Sequence record: DRR378314_1245
DNA: 57,674 bases
Strand: one strand, 5' to 3'
Shown here: in pieces, positions 30,876 through 40,475 of the stretch
Position numbering within the stretch: position 1 is the first letter of the stretch
Layout of the letters: every line of letters starts with the position of its first letter
Program-made: the position numbers and the translations under genes
The notes under the pieces: generated by a model
What the model was told of the DNA's origin: nothing
Database searches by the model: none
The model's input: the letters and a program-made list of their open reading frames with translations, nothing else

Positions 30876-31846
30876 AAATTACTTTCCTCCAATTTTTCTA
30901 TGACAATCATATTCTTTACGGAATCTTCCAAAGGAGTGGGAACTGGTGTATTGTTTCTTATTGCCAAGGCAAAAAGATCGGCCTGTATGGTGTATTGATT
31001 ACAGGTCTCAAATTCAATGGTTTGGCAATCATCACCTACGGTGACCCATATTTTGGAAGGCCTGTCTATAGGTGGGTTAAAGGGCAGTTCAAATTTTATA
31101 TTGCCCTTTGTTCCGAATATTTGTGCTTGTTGATTGTCCGCCAATTGTGTGGAGCTGAAGAATACCGAAGTACCGGTTTCAAATTCCAGTATTCCAGAGG
31201 CCGAGACGTCTACTTTAAAATCGGGATGATATTCAATAACCGATGAAATACTTTTAGGTTCCGAATTGAACAATAAACGGGAAAGGGATATAGGGTAGCA
31301 GCCAATATCCATTAAACTTCCACCCCCGAACTCTTTGCTGTTGACAATGCTATTGGGGTCATCTTCAAAAAAGGAGAAAGAGGATTGAATGGTTTTAATA
31401 TCACCTATAGCCTTTTGGTCCACTAATTCCTTAACCTTTATCCATTGGGGGTGATGTCTGTACATAAAGGCTTCCATAACCTTTAAGCGCGGGTACTTTT
31501 TGGTTTCCTGCAACAATCTTTCGGCTTCTTTACTGGATAGCCCAACAGGTTTTTCAACCAGAACGTGCTTGTCCGCTTCCAAGGACTTAATGGCCCATTC
31601 CACGTGTAGATGATTGGGCAATGGAATATAGATGGCATCTACTTCCTTATCTGCCAGCAATTCCTCATAGGAACCGTAGCATTCGGGTATACCAAATTGC
31701 TCAGCTATGTTCTGGGCCTTTTCTTTACTTCTGGAGGTAATAGCATACACTTCTCCATATTGACACCTGAGCATTGCCGGAATTACGTGCTCTGTTGCAA
31801 TATGGGCAGTGCCCAAAATCCCCCATTTTATTTTTTTGCCCATCAA
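30851..31846 (-). CDS. Gfo/Idh/MocA family oxidoreductase
   Basis: WGILGTAHIA, YIPLPNHLH, VLVEKP, EAFMYRHHPQ, GGGSLMDIGCY. Confidence 0.93.
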   Translation of the reverse strand: MMGKKIKWGILGTAHIATEHVIPAMLRCQYGEVYAITSRSKEKAQNIAEQFGIPECYGSYEELLADKEVDAIYIPLPNHLHVEWAIKSLEADKHVLVEKPVGLSSKEAERLLQETKKYPRLKVMEAFMYRHHPQWIKVKELVDQKAIGDIKTIQSSFSFFEDDPNSIVNSKEFGGGSLMDIGCYPISLSRLLFNSEPKSISSVIEYHPDFKVDVSASGILEFETGTSVFFSSTQLADNQQAQIFGTKGNIKFELPFNPPIDRPSKIWVTVGDDCQTIEFETCNQYTIQADLFALAIRNNTPVPTPLEDSVKNMIVIEKLEESNLKGQRIPM

Positions 31847-31849
31847 TTT

Positions 31850-32761
31850 TTATAAGGCCTGTGGACTTGCGAACTGGTCTAAATAATCTTTTACTTTTTC
31901 CCTTTCCCTATTTTCAAATTTTCTTAATGGTAGGGCCATATGGTCCTCGCAGATGTCCATTACAGATAGGGCACATTTAATGCCCTTGGTTATTCTGGAC
32001 GCATTCTTGCCTACACAGTAAATACTGCTGTTAACAAAAGCCACCTTATTGCGAAGTATTTTAATATCCTCGAAATTACTTGCCACAGAAGCGTTGTACA
32101 GGTCAACAAATAACTCTGGCAGGAAATTTGCCCCACCAGCAACAGCACCATGACCACCATGTAGTATGGTTTCTGGTAAAAACATTTCTGTCCCTACAAT
32201 GATGGAAAATTCCGGAGTCTCCTTAAAAGCTTCAATCAGCGAGTAGAAATAGGACATATCCCCTGAGCTGTCCTTTATACCTATTGCACCTAATTCCTTA
32301 GCTTTTTTTACGGTCTCCAAGGAAAGGTGTAGTTTGGTACAGCTTGGCATATTGTACATCATAACGGGCAAGGACAATTGTGGAATTAAACGCTCCAAAT
32401 AGTCCATCATTTCTTCCTGCGATATTGGAAGATAATAAGGAGGGGCTACAACCACTGCATCTGCACCAGCTTCTTTGGAGTGGGCTGCAATGTCCAAGGA
32501 ACCGCTAAAGGACGTATCGGTTATTCCTACCAATACGGGAACCCTTCCACGGATATATTTACAAGCCTTTGTTATAAGCTCTTTTCGTAATTCATAACTA
32601 AGACTGGGAGCTTCCCCATTGGTGCCCAAAAGGAATATGCCATGTACACCTCCGGTAATAAGATGCTCAATAAGTTTTTCCAATCCTTTTTCATCCAATC
32701 CACCGTCAGCGTTAAGAGGGGTAACCATTGGGGGAATAATCCCTTTTAATTTTAATGCCAT
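31850..32761 (-). CDS. DHDPS/NAL family aldolase (canonical)
   Basis: GIIPPMVTP, LGTNGE, APPYY, MYNMP, GIKDSSG. Confidence 0.9.
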   Translation of the reverse strand: MALKLKGIIPPMVTPLNADGGLDEKGLEKLIEHLITGGVHGIFLLGTNGEAPSLSYELRKELITKACKYIRGRVPVLVGITDTSFSGSLDIAAHSKEAGADAVVVAPPYYLPISQEEMMDYLERLIPQLSLPVMMYNMPSCTKLHLSLETVKKAKELGAIGIKDSSGDMSYFYSLIEAFKETPEFSIIVGTEMFLPETILHGGHGAVAGGANFLPELFVDLYNASVASNFEDIKILRNKVAFVNSSIYCVGKNASRITKGIKCALSVMDICEDHMALPLRKFENREREKVKDYLDQFASPQAL

Positions 32762-32915
32762 ATATTATTTTTAGTTGGAACAAAGTAAATTTAAAAGGCA
32801 GGGGTGTACCACAACTATATTATTTAAAACAGATAATATATTGACCATTGTGTCTTTTAACGCAAGGTTTTGTGGGAATTTATTTAGGCCGTATTTATTA
32901 AGAGTATCTCCAATA

Positions 32916-33848
32916 TTAGTATTTATAGGGCCTTTGGGCCATAAGTTGGTTTTCAAGATTAATGATCCTATCTATATGCTTGTCGGCCAATTTTTTATGT
33001 AGCGCATCAAAGGGAAGTATAGGATTACGAACATTGGGGGTTTTATAAATGCCTTGGCGATATAATAGCCGTTTAAAAAAATGTATGGAAATGTCCAGGT
33101 GTTGATTAGAAAAGGCCAATACTGGAATTATCTGCCCAAACAGGGCCTCTGCATCTTCCGTTTTACCTTCTGTGAACATACGGTATATGGAATTGTAAAT
33201 GAAGTGCATGCCAGTGGGCATAAAGGCATGTACACCTCTTTGTAGTCCTTCCATCATTTGGGTAACGGCCCAGCCCCCACTAACGTTCAATTGTCCCTTG
33301 GTCAGATCTAAAATTCTTGAATATTTGGGACCCGCTGGTACGGTTTCAATTTTTAAACATCGAAAGGCAGCCACTTTTTCGAATAAATCACATATAAGGT
33401 CGTCCGATAGGCCATAACCGGTAGCATCCCAATCTTGTAGCATAATCATTTCCGGATCAAGGGCCGCCAATTCCATAAAATGATTTCTAAACCGGTTCTC
33501 ATCAACAAAGGGAATTTGGAATAGCACATTTTTACAACCTAAATCTATATAAGCCTTTAGTAGTTCCTTGCTTTTGGATAGATCCTGTTCCCCTGCACCA
33601 CCAATAACCGGAATCCTATCCCCTGCGGTTTCCAAAACCGTGGATAGCATTTCCAATCTTTCCGAGTGGGATAATTTATATACTTCTGCAGCCATGGCGG
33701 GGACCAATATACCGGCAACCCCAGCTCTTAATGCCTCCTTTACATTGTTTCTTAATGCCGCATGGTCAATGGTGTCCTCCTTGGTAAAGGGAGTGTTGAG
33801 CACGCTAACAATTCCTTTTAATGGAAAGAGTTTTTTTTGGGCCAACAT
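32916..33848 (-). CDS. DHDPS-fold enzyme, 2-keto-3-deoxy-sugar-acid dehydratase-like subfamily
   Basis: NTPF, PAMAAEVYKL, IMLQD, LKIE; start at ATG 33848 preceded by AAGGAG. Confidence 0.8.
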   Translation of the reverse strand: MLAQKKLFPLKGIVSVLNTPFTKEDTIDHAALRNNVKEALRAGVAGILVPAMAAEVYKLSHSERLEMLSTVLETAGDRIPVIGGAGEQDLSKSKELLKAYIDLGCKNVLFQIPFVDENRFRNHFMELAALDPEMIMLQDWDATGYGLSDDLICDLFEKVAAFRCLKIETVPAGPKYSRILDLTKGQLNVSGGWAVTQMMEGLQRGVHAFMPTGMHFIYNSIYRMFTEGKTEDAEALFGQIIPVLAFSNQHLDISIHFFKRLLYRQGIYKTPNVRNPILPFDALHKKLADKHIDRIINLENQLMAQRPYKY

Positions 33849-33852
33849 CTCC

Positions 33853-36204
33853 TTATTGTTTAATAAGCCAGACATCGGTTACCCGTGATTGTTTTCTCCA
33901 GTTGAGGTGTTCTTCGTCAGGTTTGTCAAAGCTAATTTTTAGTTGGCCGTCCTTGATCAAATCCTTGGAAAGCGGAAATTCTTTAAATTCTTCAAAGCCC
34001 TTTTCATATTTGGTAGGTTTTAGGCGTTCTCCATTGGCCCTTAAAAGGGCCTCTCCATATCCTGAAACACGAATTAAGTAATTGGAACTGGGATCCAGAT
34101 CGTTGTATTCCAAGGTTGGGCTAAATTGGAACAATTGGGTAGAGAGCCGCTTTCTACTTAAACCATCGTTTTCCCATAGGAAGTCTATGGCATCATCGGT
34201 TTTTGAGGTTACATGTTTGGCATCGGCACTGGAAATATTGTCGTAAAAACTGCCTTCTCCCGGAGATTCATAGTTTTTGATAAATTCCAATCGCGCTAGC
34301 TTTTCTGCTTCCGACTTTAATTCGCCAATTTTTTTAAATTCGTCTTCCAACCACCATCTATTGTTCAAAGGATAATCTATAAAATCCAAAATGGCACCTC
34401 TTTCAGCACTACGTGCCTGATATTTTTCCACGCTGGTCTGCGCTCCAATAGATTGAAATAGCTTTTCCCCATATTCAAAAACCTTTTCTTTTAGGTCTTG
34501 GGATACTAATTCCGTATCTGCCTTATTAATATGTTGTAGGGCATCGCTCATGGCTTTGTCGGCCCCAATGGTATTGGCCTGGGCCAGTATTTCATACGCT
34601 TCGGCCTCCAACCTTTTTTCGTAGGCAAGTCGGTCCTGAATATAGGCGTCGTAATAGGCCCGCATGATCAGTTGTTGCCACCTCCAATTACTTGCCAGAT
34701 CAGGGTTGTTTTCTTCCAAGCCTTTCCACAATGTTAGGGTTTCTTTAATTGAATTGTTGTCCAAAATGGGTCCGTCCCAATTTTTTTCCAAATCAAATAT
34801 GCCTTGTGCCGCTTCCTCGGCTACCTCTGGGCCAAAGAAGAATTGGGAGTATTCATGAATGATATCTTTGGGATCTTTCTTGGAATCCCAGCCCAATTGG
34901 CTCCATAGCACTTTATTTACATCGTCATGGGAACCATCGGAATAGGTAATAAAGCCATCGGTATATTTGGTATCCCTCCTAAAAAGTTGGGTGTACATTA
35001 GTGGTTGGGGATTGATAGGCTCCCTTCCCAGGGTCAATCCATAGGCCTGATCCCAATTATCTACCGGATAATGGCATCTAACCGTATGGGTTATATCTGG
35101 GTAAAAGCGGTGCAGATATTTTTTCGGCAACATTTCCCGTTCCAAATCTATAGGCGGACTACTGGGGCCATAAACAACCCCTTTAAGCCAATCAGGACTA
35201 TCGGAATTTAGGTAGTTAAAAAAATATTCTACTTTTTCTTTATTAAACCCTTGAAGTGAAACCCAAATACCGGCATTTGGATGGTATTTGTGCAAAATCT
35301 CCGACAGGTCGTTTAAGTAAGGGATTAGCTGGGCAGGATGGTTTTCCCCTGGATCTCCACCAGGAACAAATACACCATCCAATCTTGGGCATTTTGCATA
35401 AAATGCCTCTTGTTCCGCAAGTCCGTCCTGATGTGCATTTTTTATGGTGAGGTCATGGGGAGCTGGTGTCCAGACCCAATAATCGGCATCGTATTTCTCG
35501 CATATTTTGCTTAGTTCCACTTCCATGATCTGGGGGTCTACCTTAAAGTGGGGACTTGAATCGGCTTCCTGAAAAGGTATGTTTTCAAAACTATTCGCCC
35601 CAAAAAGTACTTGTTCCCTAAAATGTTGATCAAACTGCTCCACGGTCCAGGCATCCCAGGAATTGGCTGTATTCCTGTAACCGAACTGATGTCCGCGAAG
35701 GGCATATTCCGGGGATTCGGAAAAATCAATATTAGGGTTTAGCGTTATTTTGCCATTTTCCATTTTGGCTGTTCGCAAGAGTTTACCTATACCGTAAAGA
35801 ATGCCCCGTTTATCTGCAGCAATAACCCATAGCGTATTTTTGTCGCCATCTTTTTGATGGAAAATACGATAGCCTTCTTTTTTTGATTCGGGGGTATTTT
35901 CGCCATCACGGGCCGGTACTTTTTTTCCGAACAATTCCTTTTCATTGGCCAAGGCCAAGGCAATGGTAGTTTTGGAATCCCAATTATTGTTTAATTCGAG
36001 TTGAAGATCTGTTCGTTTTTTAATTTCTTCCACTAGAATACTCGCAGCCGTTTCTTGGATAGGAGATTTAATCTGGGCCGATATTACAATGTTTGCTTGG
36101 GAAAGGTCCAAGGTTTTCTGCTGTTCCTTTTCGCAAGACAGTATACTGCCAATTCCAATAAATACCAGCCAAAATTTTAGTTGTCTTTTCATCTTGTTAG
36201 ACAT
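33853..36204 (-). CDS. Uncharacterised lipoprotein, putative glycoside hydrolase (GH20/GH67-like N-terminal domain plus barrel)
   Basis: Lipobox ILSC; EGYRI, ADKRGILYGIGKLLR, PEYALRGHQ, VFVPGGDPG. Confidence 0.65.
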   Translation of the reverse strand: MSNKMKRQLKFWLVFIGIGSILSCEKEQQKTLDLSQANIVISAQIKSPIQETAASILVEEIKKRTDLQLELNNNWDSKTTIALALANEKELFGKKVPARDGENTPESKKEGYRIFHQKDGDKNTLWVIAADKRGILYGIGKLLRTAKMENGKITLNPNIDFSESPEYALRGHQFGYRNTANSWDAWTVEQFDQHFREQVLFGANSFENIPFQEADSSPHFKVDPQIMEVELSKICEKYDADYWVWTPAPHDLTIKNAHQDGLAEQEAFYAKCPRLDGVFVPGGDPGENHPAQLIPYLNDLSEILHKYHPNAGIWVSLQGFNKEKVEYFFNYLNSDSPDWLKGVVYGPSSPPIDLEREMLPKKYLHRFYPDITHTVRCHYPVDNWDQAYGLTLGREPINPQPLMYTQLFRRDTKYTDGFITYSDGSHDDVNKVLWSQLGWDSKKDPKDIIHEYSQFFFGPEVAEEAAQGIFDLEKNWDGPILDNNSIKETLTLWKGLEENNPDLASNWRWQQLIMRAYYDAYIQDRLAYEKRLEAEAYEILAQANTIGADKAMSDALQHINKADTELVSQDLKEKVFEYGEKLFQSIGAQTSVEKYQARSAERGAILDFIDYPLNNRWWLEDEFKKIGELKSEAEKLARLEFIKNYESPGEGSFYDNISSADAKHVTSKTDDAIDFLWENDGLSRKRLSTQLFQFSPTLEYNDLDPSSNYLIRVSGYGEALLRANGERLKPTKYEKGFEEFKEFPLSKDLIKDGQLKISFDKPDEEHLNWRKQSRVTDVWLIKQ

Positions 36205-36236
36205 TTTTAATAATACTGTTTTTTGAGAGCGATGTT

Positions 36237-36932
36237 TTAATCTATGTCCTTTACACATCGTATTCCAACCGGATATACGTGTATTTTTTCCGGTAACACA
36301 TAATAGCGCTGTGAGGTACGAATAAAGGAGTGGTTGTTAAAGTTGGATCCGCCCCGCATTACTTTGTAGGTTTCGCCATATTGTTCCATGGGTACGGTAT
36401 TGCCAGGGTAGGGTTTATACCAGTCCGAAGTCCATTCCCACACACTCCCGGCCATATCATAGCAACCATACGGACTTGCGGGTTTGGCTATGGACGTTCC
36501 GCGGGTCTCTTTTTGGTCCCACACAACGTAGGTGTTGTCATATGTATCTCCCCATGGAAATACGCGGCCGTCTATACCCCTCGCCGCCTTTTCCCATTCT
36601 TTTTCCGTAGGCAAACGTTTGCCTGCCCATTTGGCATAGGCGTCCGCTTTGGACCAGGTCACTATTGCTGCATTGTTCTTTTTTTCTGGGGGGAATTTAA
36701 AAGTGGGGTCAAATTTGGCAAATTCCGTATTGCTAACTTCATATTTGTCTATAAAGAACGCCTTTGTACTTGCAATTTGCTGAGGCCGTTCATCCGGGTC
36801 GCCATAGACGCTGCCCATAATGAATTCACCGGCAGGAACATAAACCATTCCCTCGGGAGGAACGGGCTTTTCTTGCCCTACTACATAAAGTATATGTACT
36901 AAAAAAGTGAGAAGTGTTATACAAAATTTCAT
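36237..36932 (-). CDS. Formylglycine-generating-enzyme (SUMF1/PvdO) fold protein
   Basis: MVYVPAGEFIMG, IDKYEVSN, KRLPTEKEWEKAARG, DMAGSVWEW, RGGS, GIRCV. Confidence 0.88.
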   Translation of the reverse strand: MKFCITLLTFLVHILYVVGQEKPVPPEGMVYVPAGEFIMGSVYGDPDERPQQIASTKAFFIDKYEVSNTEFAKFDPTFKFPPEKKNNAAIVTWSKADAYAKWAGKRLPTEKEWEKAARGIDGRVFPWGDTYDNTYVVWDQKETRGTSIAKPASPYGCYDMAGSVWEWTSDWYKPYPGNTVPMEQYGETYKVMRGGSNFNNHSFIRTSQRYYVLPEKIHVYPVGIRCVKDID

Positions 36933-36954
36933 ACGCTTCCTAAATTATTTGTGA

Positions 36955-38175
36955 TTACCATTTTTCATCAATAATACCGTAATACCTACCAAACCAATAA
37001 TTTCTGATCATGGCCGCGGCAGTGCGTTCTTCCTCGGAACGTACCATTTTAAAACTGCCATCTTTTTGTGGGATTTTAAATTCCCTGGTATTGCGTTCAA
37101 ATCCCCACATGTCCTTAATGCCCTGCTTTTTCTCTTCTGTAAAAACGTCTTCCCCTGTAAGTACCTTATAGACCATTAAAAACCAAATATTGCTTTCCCA
37201 AGTAAACTCAATATCCTTCCAGTCGTACCAATGTCTGTTTAAATTCATTCGGTATTTATTGAGTAGACTGGGATCGGTCTCTAATCGCATAATCATATAG
37301 AGGGAACGGGCCGCATGATAGTCGTCCCCCACATTTCGCCATTCTTTGGGGAATAGTATTTTGGAGTTAATTTGGTGGTCGTCATAATGATAGCGGTCTA
37401 TAAGCATGTGGTAGGCGGCATTGTACCTTTCCTTTCCCGTAATATGATGGGTTACCTTAAGGGCGGCCAACATTTCCAAGGAGTTGAGTTCTTGGTGCGG
37501 AAGGTTGGGGCAAAAGTTGCCCCACAAGGTCATTTTTCCGTCTAGATCCGTAAGTTTAAAATTATTGTCCACTACCCGACCTATAAATCGGTCGAGGAGG
37601 CCTGATGCTTTCTCCTTGTATTCCGCATCGGCGCATAGTTCCCAGAAAGTTCCCACACCGTAAAAAATGGACGTAAACTTATCGGCGCTTAAATCGCCCA
37701 GCCAGCGGTAACCAGGCATGGAGGACGACTGGTGCCATTCATGGTACCAAAAAACTTCTTCGTGCCACAGGGGTTCGTTGGTCCTATTGAAACTGCGCGC
37801 CACCAAACCTTCAACCCCTGTTACTTTTTCCAGTTTTAGTATGGCCTCGAAAATGTCATTGGCTATTTTCCTGTCCTTTGGGTCTCCTGTAATGGCGTAC
37901 TTATGTGAGTAGGCGGCCAGCATTTCGGAAGTGGGATCAAGACAATCGGCTTGGGAACCTATTATTGGCTGCTCCAGTCCAGCTGGAGGAAAAATAACGT
38001 GTTGCATTATGGCCCCCTCGTTCCAATGGTTTCCGAGCATCAACTTGTCGAACATTTCCACCTTTTTGTGTAGGGGGTCTGTTTTCTTTGGGAATTCGTT
38101 TACTTTTTGGGCAAGCAGGCCATGGTTTATGAAAATGAAAACCGAAACCAAGGGCAATAAGCAATATTTAGACAT
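36955..38175 (-). CDS. Uncharacterised secreted protein (probable alpha/alpha-barrel)
   Basis: 406-aa ORF with signal peptide, in an operon with the downstream genes; Trp/Tyr-rich helices. Confidence 0.75.
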   Translation of the reverse strand: MSKYCLLPLVSVFIFINHGLLAQKVNEFPKKTDPLHKKVEMFDKLMLGNHWNEGAIMQHVIFPPAGLEQPIIGSQADCLDPTSEMLAAYSHKYAITGDPKDRKIANDIFEAILKLEKVTGVEGLVARSFNRTNEPLWHEEVFWYHEWHQSSSMPGYRWLGDLSADKFTSIFYGVGTFWELCADAEYKEKASGLLDRFIGRVVDNNFKLTDLDGKMTLWGNFCPNLPHQELNSLEMLAALKVTHHITGKERYNAAYHMLIDRYHYDDHQINSKILFPKEWRNVGDDYHAARSLYMIMRLETDPSLLNKYRMNLNRHWYDWKDIEFTWESNIWFLMVYKVLTGEDVFTEEKKQGIKDMWGFERNTREFKIPQKDGSFKMVRSEEERTAAAMIRNYWFGRYYGIIDEKW

Positions 38176-38613
38176 GGCTAGTTCCTATTTGTGAGCGTTT
38201 AAGATTTTGGCCCAAGTTGCTATTGGACTTTTAATTTTGGTTGTAATGTTTTTATCAATAATACCATGGGTCCTTCTATACGCTATGTTGTTCGTTAAAG
38301 AAGGGCTATTGGGCTTGCTGATTCCTTATTCATCTTATTAATGCAATAATATTAACTCATTTCAATCAATAAAACCAATTAAATATTAGTTTGGGTTAAT
38401 ATATAATGTACAATAAGTAAAATATATTATATGGCTATTGTAAAGTGTTCTTCTTTTATGGAGAGGATTGGGAAATTATAGGAATTTGGGCTCCTATTTG
38501 CAGCTAACGTTTTGAATCCCATTGTTGTTTGCAGGCGGTATTATTTGCTTTTAAATTCTCTGAAAGAGAATCTATTTCTTAGGTCAAAACCTTTTATGGG
38601 AAAATGGCCTAGT

Positions 38614-38657
38614 GTAACAAAAGTTGCTGTGGACATTAAATGCCTGGCCTATCTTTA
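38614..38657 (+). promoter_or_regulatory. GTAAC-N4-GTTGC box plus -7-like box (rhodanese unit)
   Basis: GTAAC-AAAA-GTTGC-TGTG at 38614-38631; TATCTTTA at 38650-38657. Confidence 0.75.
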
Positions 38658-38688
38658 CACTATAAATAAATGTTTTGGTTGGTTGTAT

Positions 38689-38728
38689 AAGGAAACGGTC
38701 ATTGTAAAAGGTGACGGTTTCCTTTTTT
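38689..38728 (+). terminator. Intrinsic terminator in the leader upstream of rhodanese
   Basis: AAGGAAAC-G-GTCATT / GTAAAA / GGTGAC-G-GTTTCC followed by TTTTTT. Confidence 0.7.
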
Positions 38729-38765
38729 AAACAAGTAATTCAGATTAACGCAAAAAAGAAATAAT

Positions 38766-39110
38766 ATGTCTATTTTTAGTACACTTTTCGGAACAAGCAA
38801 AGAGAAATCGGATAAAATTGAAATATTGAATCAGGCCGACTTTTCAGCCGCCATAGCGGGTAAAAAAGTACAACTTATAGATGTTCGTACGCCTAATGAA
38901 TATGGTGGTGGTCATATAAAAAATGCTGTAAATGTTGACTTTTTCAATGCCACAGGCTTTGAAAGATATTGTGAAAAATTGGCCAAGGATAAGCCTGTGT
39001 ATCTGTATTGTCGTTCTGGTGCAAGGAGTCAGAGAGCGGCGCATAAATTGATAGGTATGGGATTTGAAAAAGTAATTGACCTGAGGGGTGGCTACATGTC
39101 ATGGAGATAA
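38766..39110 (+). CDS. Single-domain rhodanese (sulfurtransferase)
   Basis: LIDVRTPNEY, GHIKNA, active-site YCRSGARS, LRGGY. Confidence 0.93.
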   Translation: MSIFSTLFGTSKEKSDKIEILNQADFSAAIAGKKVQLIDVRTPNEYGGGHIKNAVNVDFFNATGFERYCEKLAKDKPVYLYCRSGARSQRAAHKLIGMGFEKVIDLRGGYMSWR

Positions 39111-39152
39111 TATCCTTGCCAACAAGAGTTTATAAATTTGGCTTTTAACATT

Positions 39153-39425
39153 ATGAAATTAGCGCTCAGTGTTCAAAATATAAAATGTGGGGGTTGCGCT
39201 AAAACAATTACCACAAAATTATCGGAATTGGAGAATATCTCGGAGATTATGGTTGATGTAAACTCGGGAACGGTATCTTTTGAATCGAACAACGTTACGG
39301 CCACACAAAGGTTAAGGGATACCCTTAAAGCTTTGGGCTATCCTACAGTGGATGCCAAAAATGGCTTGGGAGATAAGGCCAAATCCTTTCTTAGCTGTGC
39401 TTCGGGAAGGATGATGAAGGAATAA
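39153..39425 (+). CDS. Heavy-metal-associated (HMA, CopZ-like) domain protein
   Basis: VQNIKCGGCAKTI, LGYP, C-terminal KAKSFLSCASGR; ATG 39153. Confidence 0.85.
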   Translation: MKLALSVQNIKCGGCAKTITTKLSELENISEIMVDVNSGTVSFESNNVTATQRLRDTLKALGYPTVDAKNGLGDKAKSFLSCASGRMMKE

Positions 39426-39446
39426 ATCCAAAAAAAAATTAGCTTT

Positions 39447-40475
39447 ATGAAATATCTATCTTTCTTGACAATCCTTCTAATCACCCTGGTTGGCTGTAAG
39501 GAGGCTAAAAAAACGGAATCTATACCTGTGGAAACGATGGTAGAAAACTCATCGGCTGATCAAGCAAAGATACATCCAGGTAAAAAGATTATTGAGACAG
39601 AGTGCTATTTATGTCACAATCCTAAAGCATCAGAGGTAAGCATGATTGCGCCTCCTATGGTCGCTATTAAAAAGCACTATATCGATTCAACAACTACCAA
39701 GAAACAATTTACAAAAGCTATTGTAGGTTGGATCAATGATCCACAAGAAGAGAAATCCAAAATGCCGGGTGCCATAAATCGATTTGGGATAATGCCTTAT
39801 CAACCCTATCCCGAAGAAACCATAAGTCTTATTGCCGAATATATGTACGACTATGAAATTGCACAACCTGAATGGTTCGATGAACATTTTCAGAGGGAGC
39901 ATGGTAGAAGAATGGGTAAAGGAAAGGGAATGGGTAAAGGTATGGGAAATGGAATGGGCCCAGGTTCCAAACATAGAGTACAAACGGATTATGGGGATAT
40001 AGGTCTGGGTTATGCCTTGGCTACAAAGGCAGCACTGGGGAAAAACCTAATGAAGGCCATACAGGAAAAAGGTACGGATGGAGCGGTAGAATTTTGTAAC
40101 CTCAGGGCTATAGAATTAACAGATAGTATTTCTGTGATGAACAATGCACAGATAAAAAGGGTATCCGATAAGCCAAGAAATCCAGGTAATAAGGCCAACA
40201 AGGAAGAACTGGGATATATCGCTACTTTTAAAGAGCAGGTCGCCGCGGGTATCGAAGTAGATCCCGTAGTAGTTCCTGGTAATGAAGAAGTAACGGTATA
40301 TTATCCTATAACTACAAACGCCATGTGCCTCCAATGCCATGGGAAACCCAACGAACAGGTCAAGCCTTCTACGCTGGCCACTCTAAGAAAATTATACCCG
40401 GAAGATAAGGCCGTTGGCTATAATGTAAATGAGGTCCGTGGAATATGGAGCGTGGTTTTTGATAAAAATAAGTAG
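39447..40475 (+). CDS. Di-heme cytochrome c lipoprotein with DUF3365 (Tll0287-like) domain
   Basis: Lipobox LVGC; CYLCH and CLQCH heme motifs; AVEFCN, RVSDKPRNPGN, EVRGIWSV. Confidence 0.85.
   Translation: MKYLSFLTILLITLVGCKEAKKTESIPVETMVENSSADQAKIHPGKKIIETECYLCHNPKASEVSMIAPPMVAIKKHYIDSTTTKKQFTKAIVGWINDPQEEKSKMPGAINRFGIMPYQPYPEETISLIAEYMYDYEIAQPEWFDEHFQREHGRRMGKGKGMGKGMGNGMGPGSKHRVQTDYGDIGLGYALATKAALGKNLMKAIQEKGTDGAVEFCNLRAIELTDSISVMNNAQIKRVSDKPRNPGNKANKEELGYIATFKEQVAAGIEVDPVVVPGNEEVTVYYPITTNAMCLQCHGKPNEQVKPSTLATLRKLYPEDKAVGYNVNEVRGIWSVVFDKNK

Noticed and set aside
38512-38730. 72-aa TTG-started ORF
   Set aside because: It spans the promoter box, the -7 box and the terminator; a non-coding explanation fits better.
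39905-39962. ATGGGTAAAGG-type tandem repeats
   Set aside because: Coding low-complexity linker, not a CRISPR array or contingency repeat.
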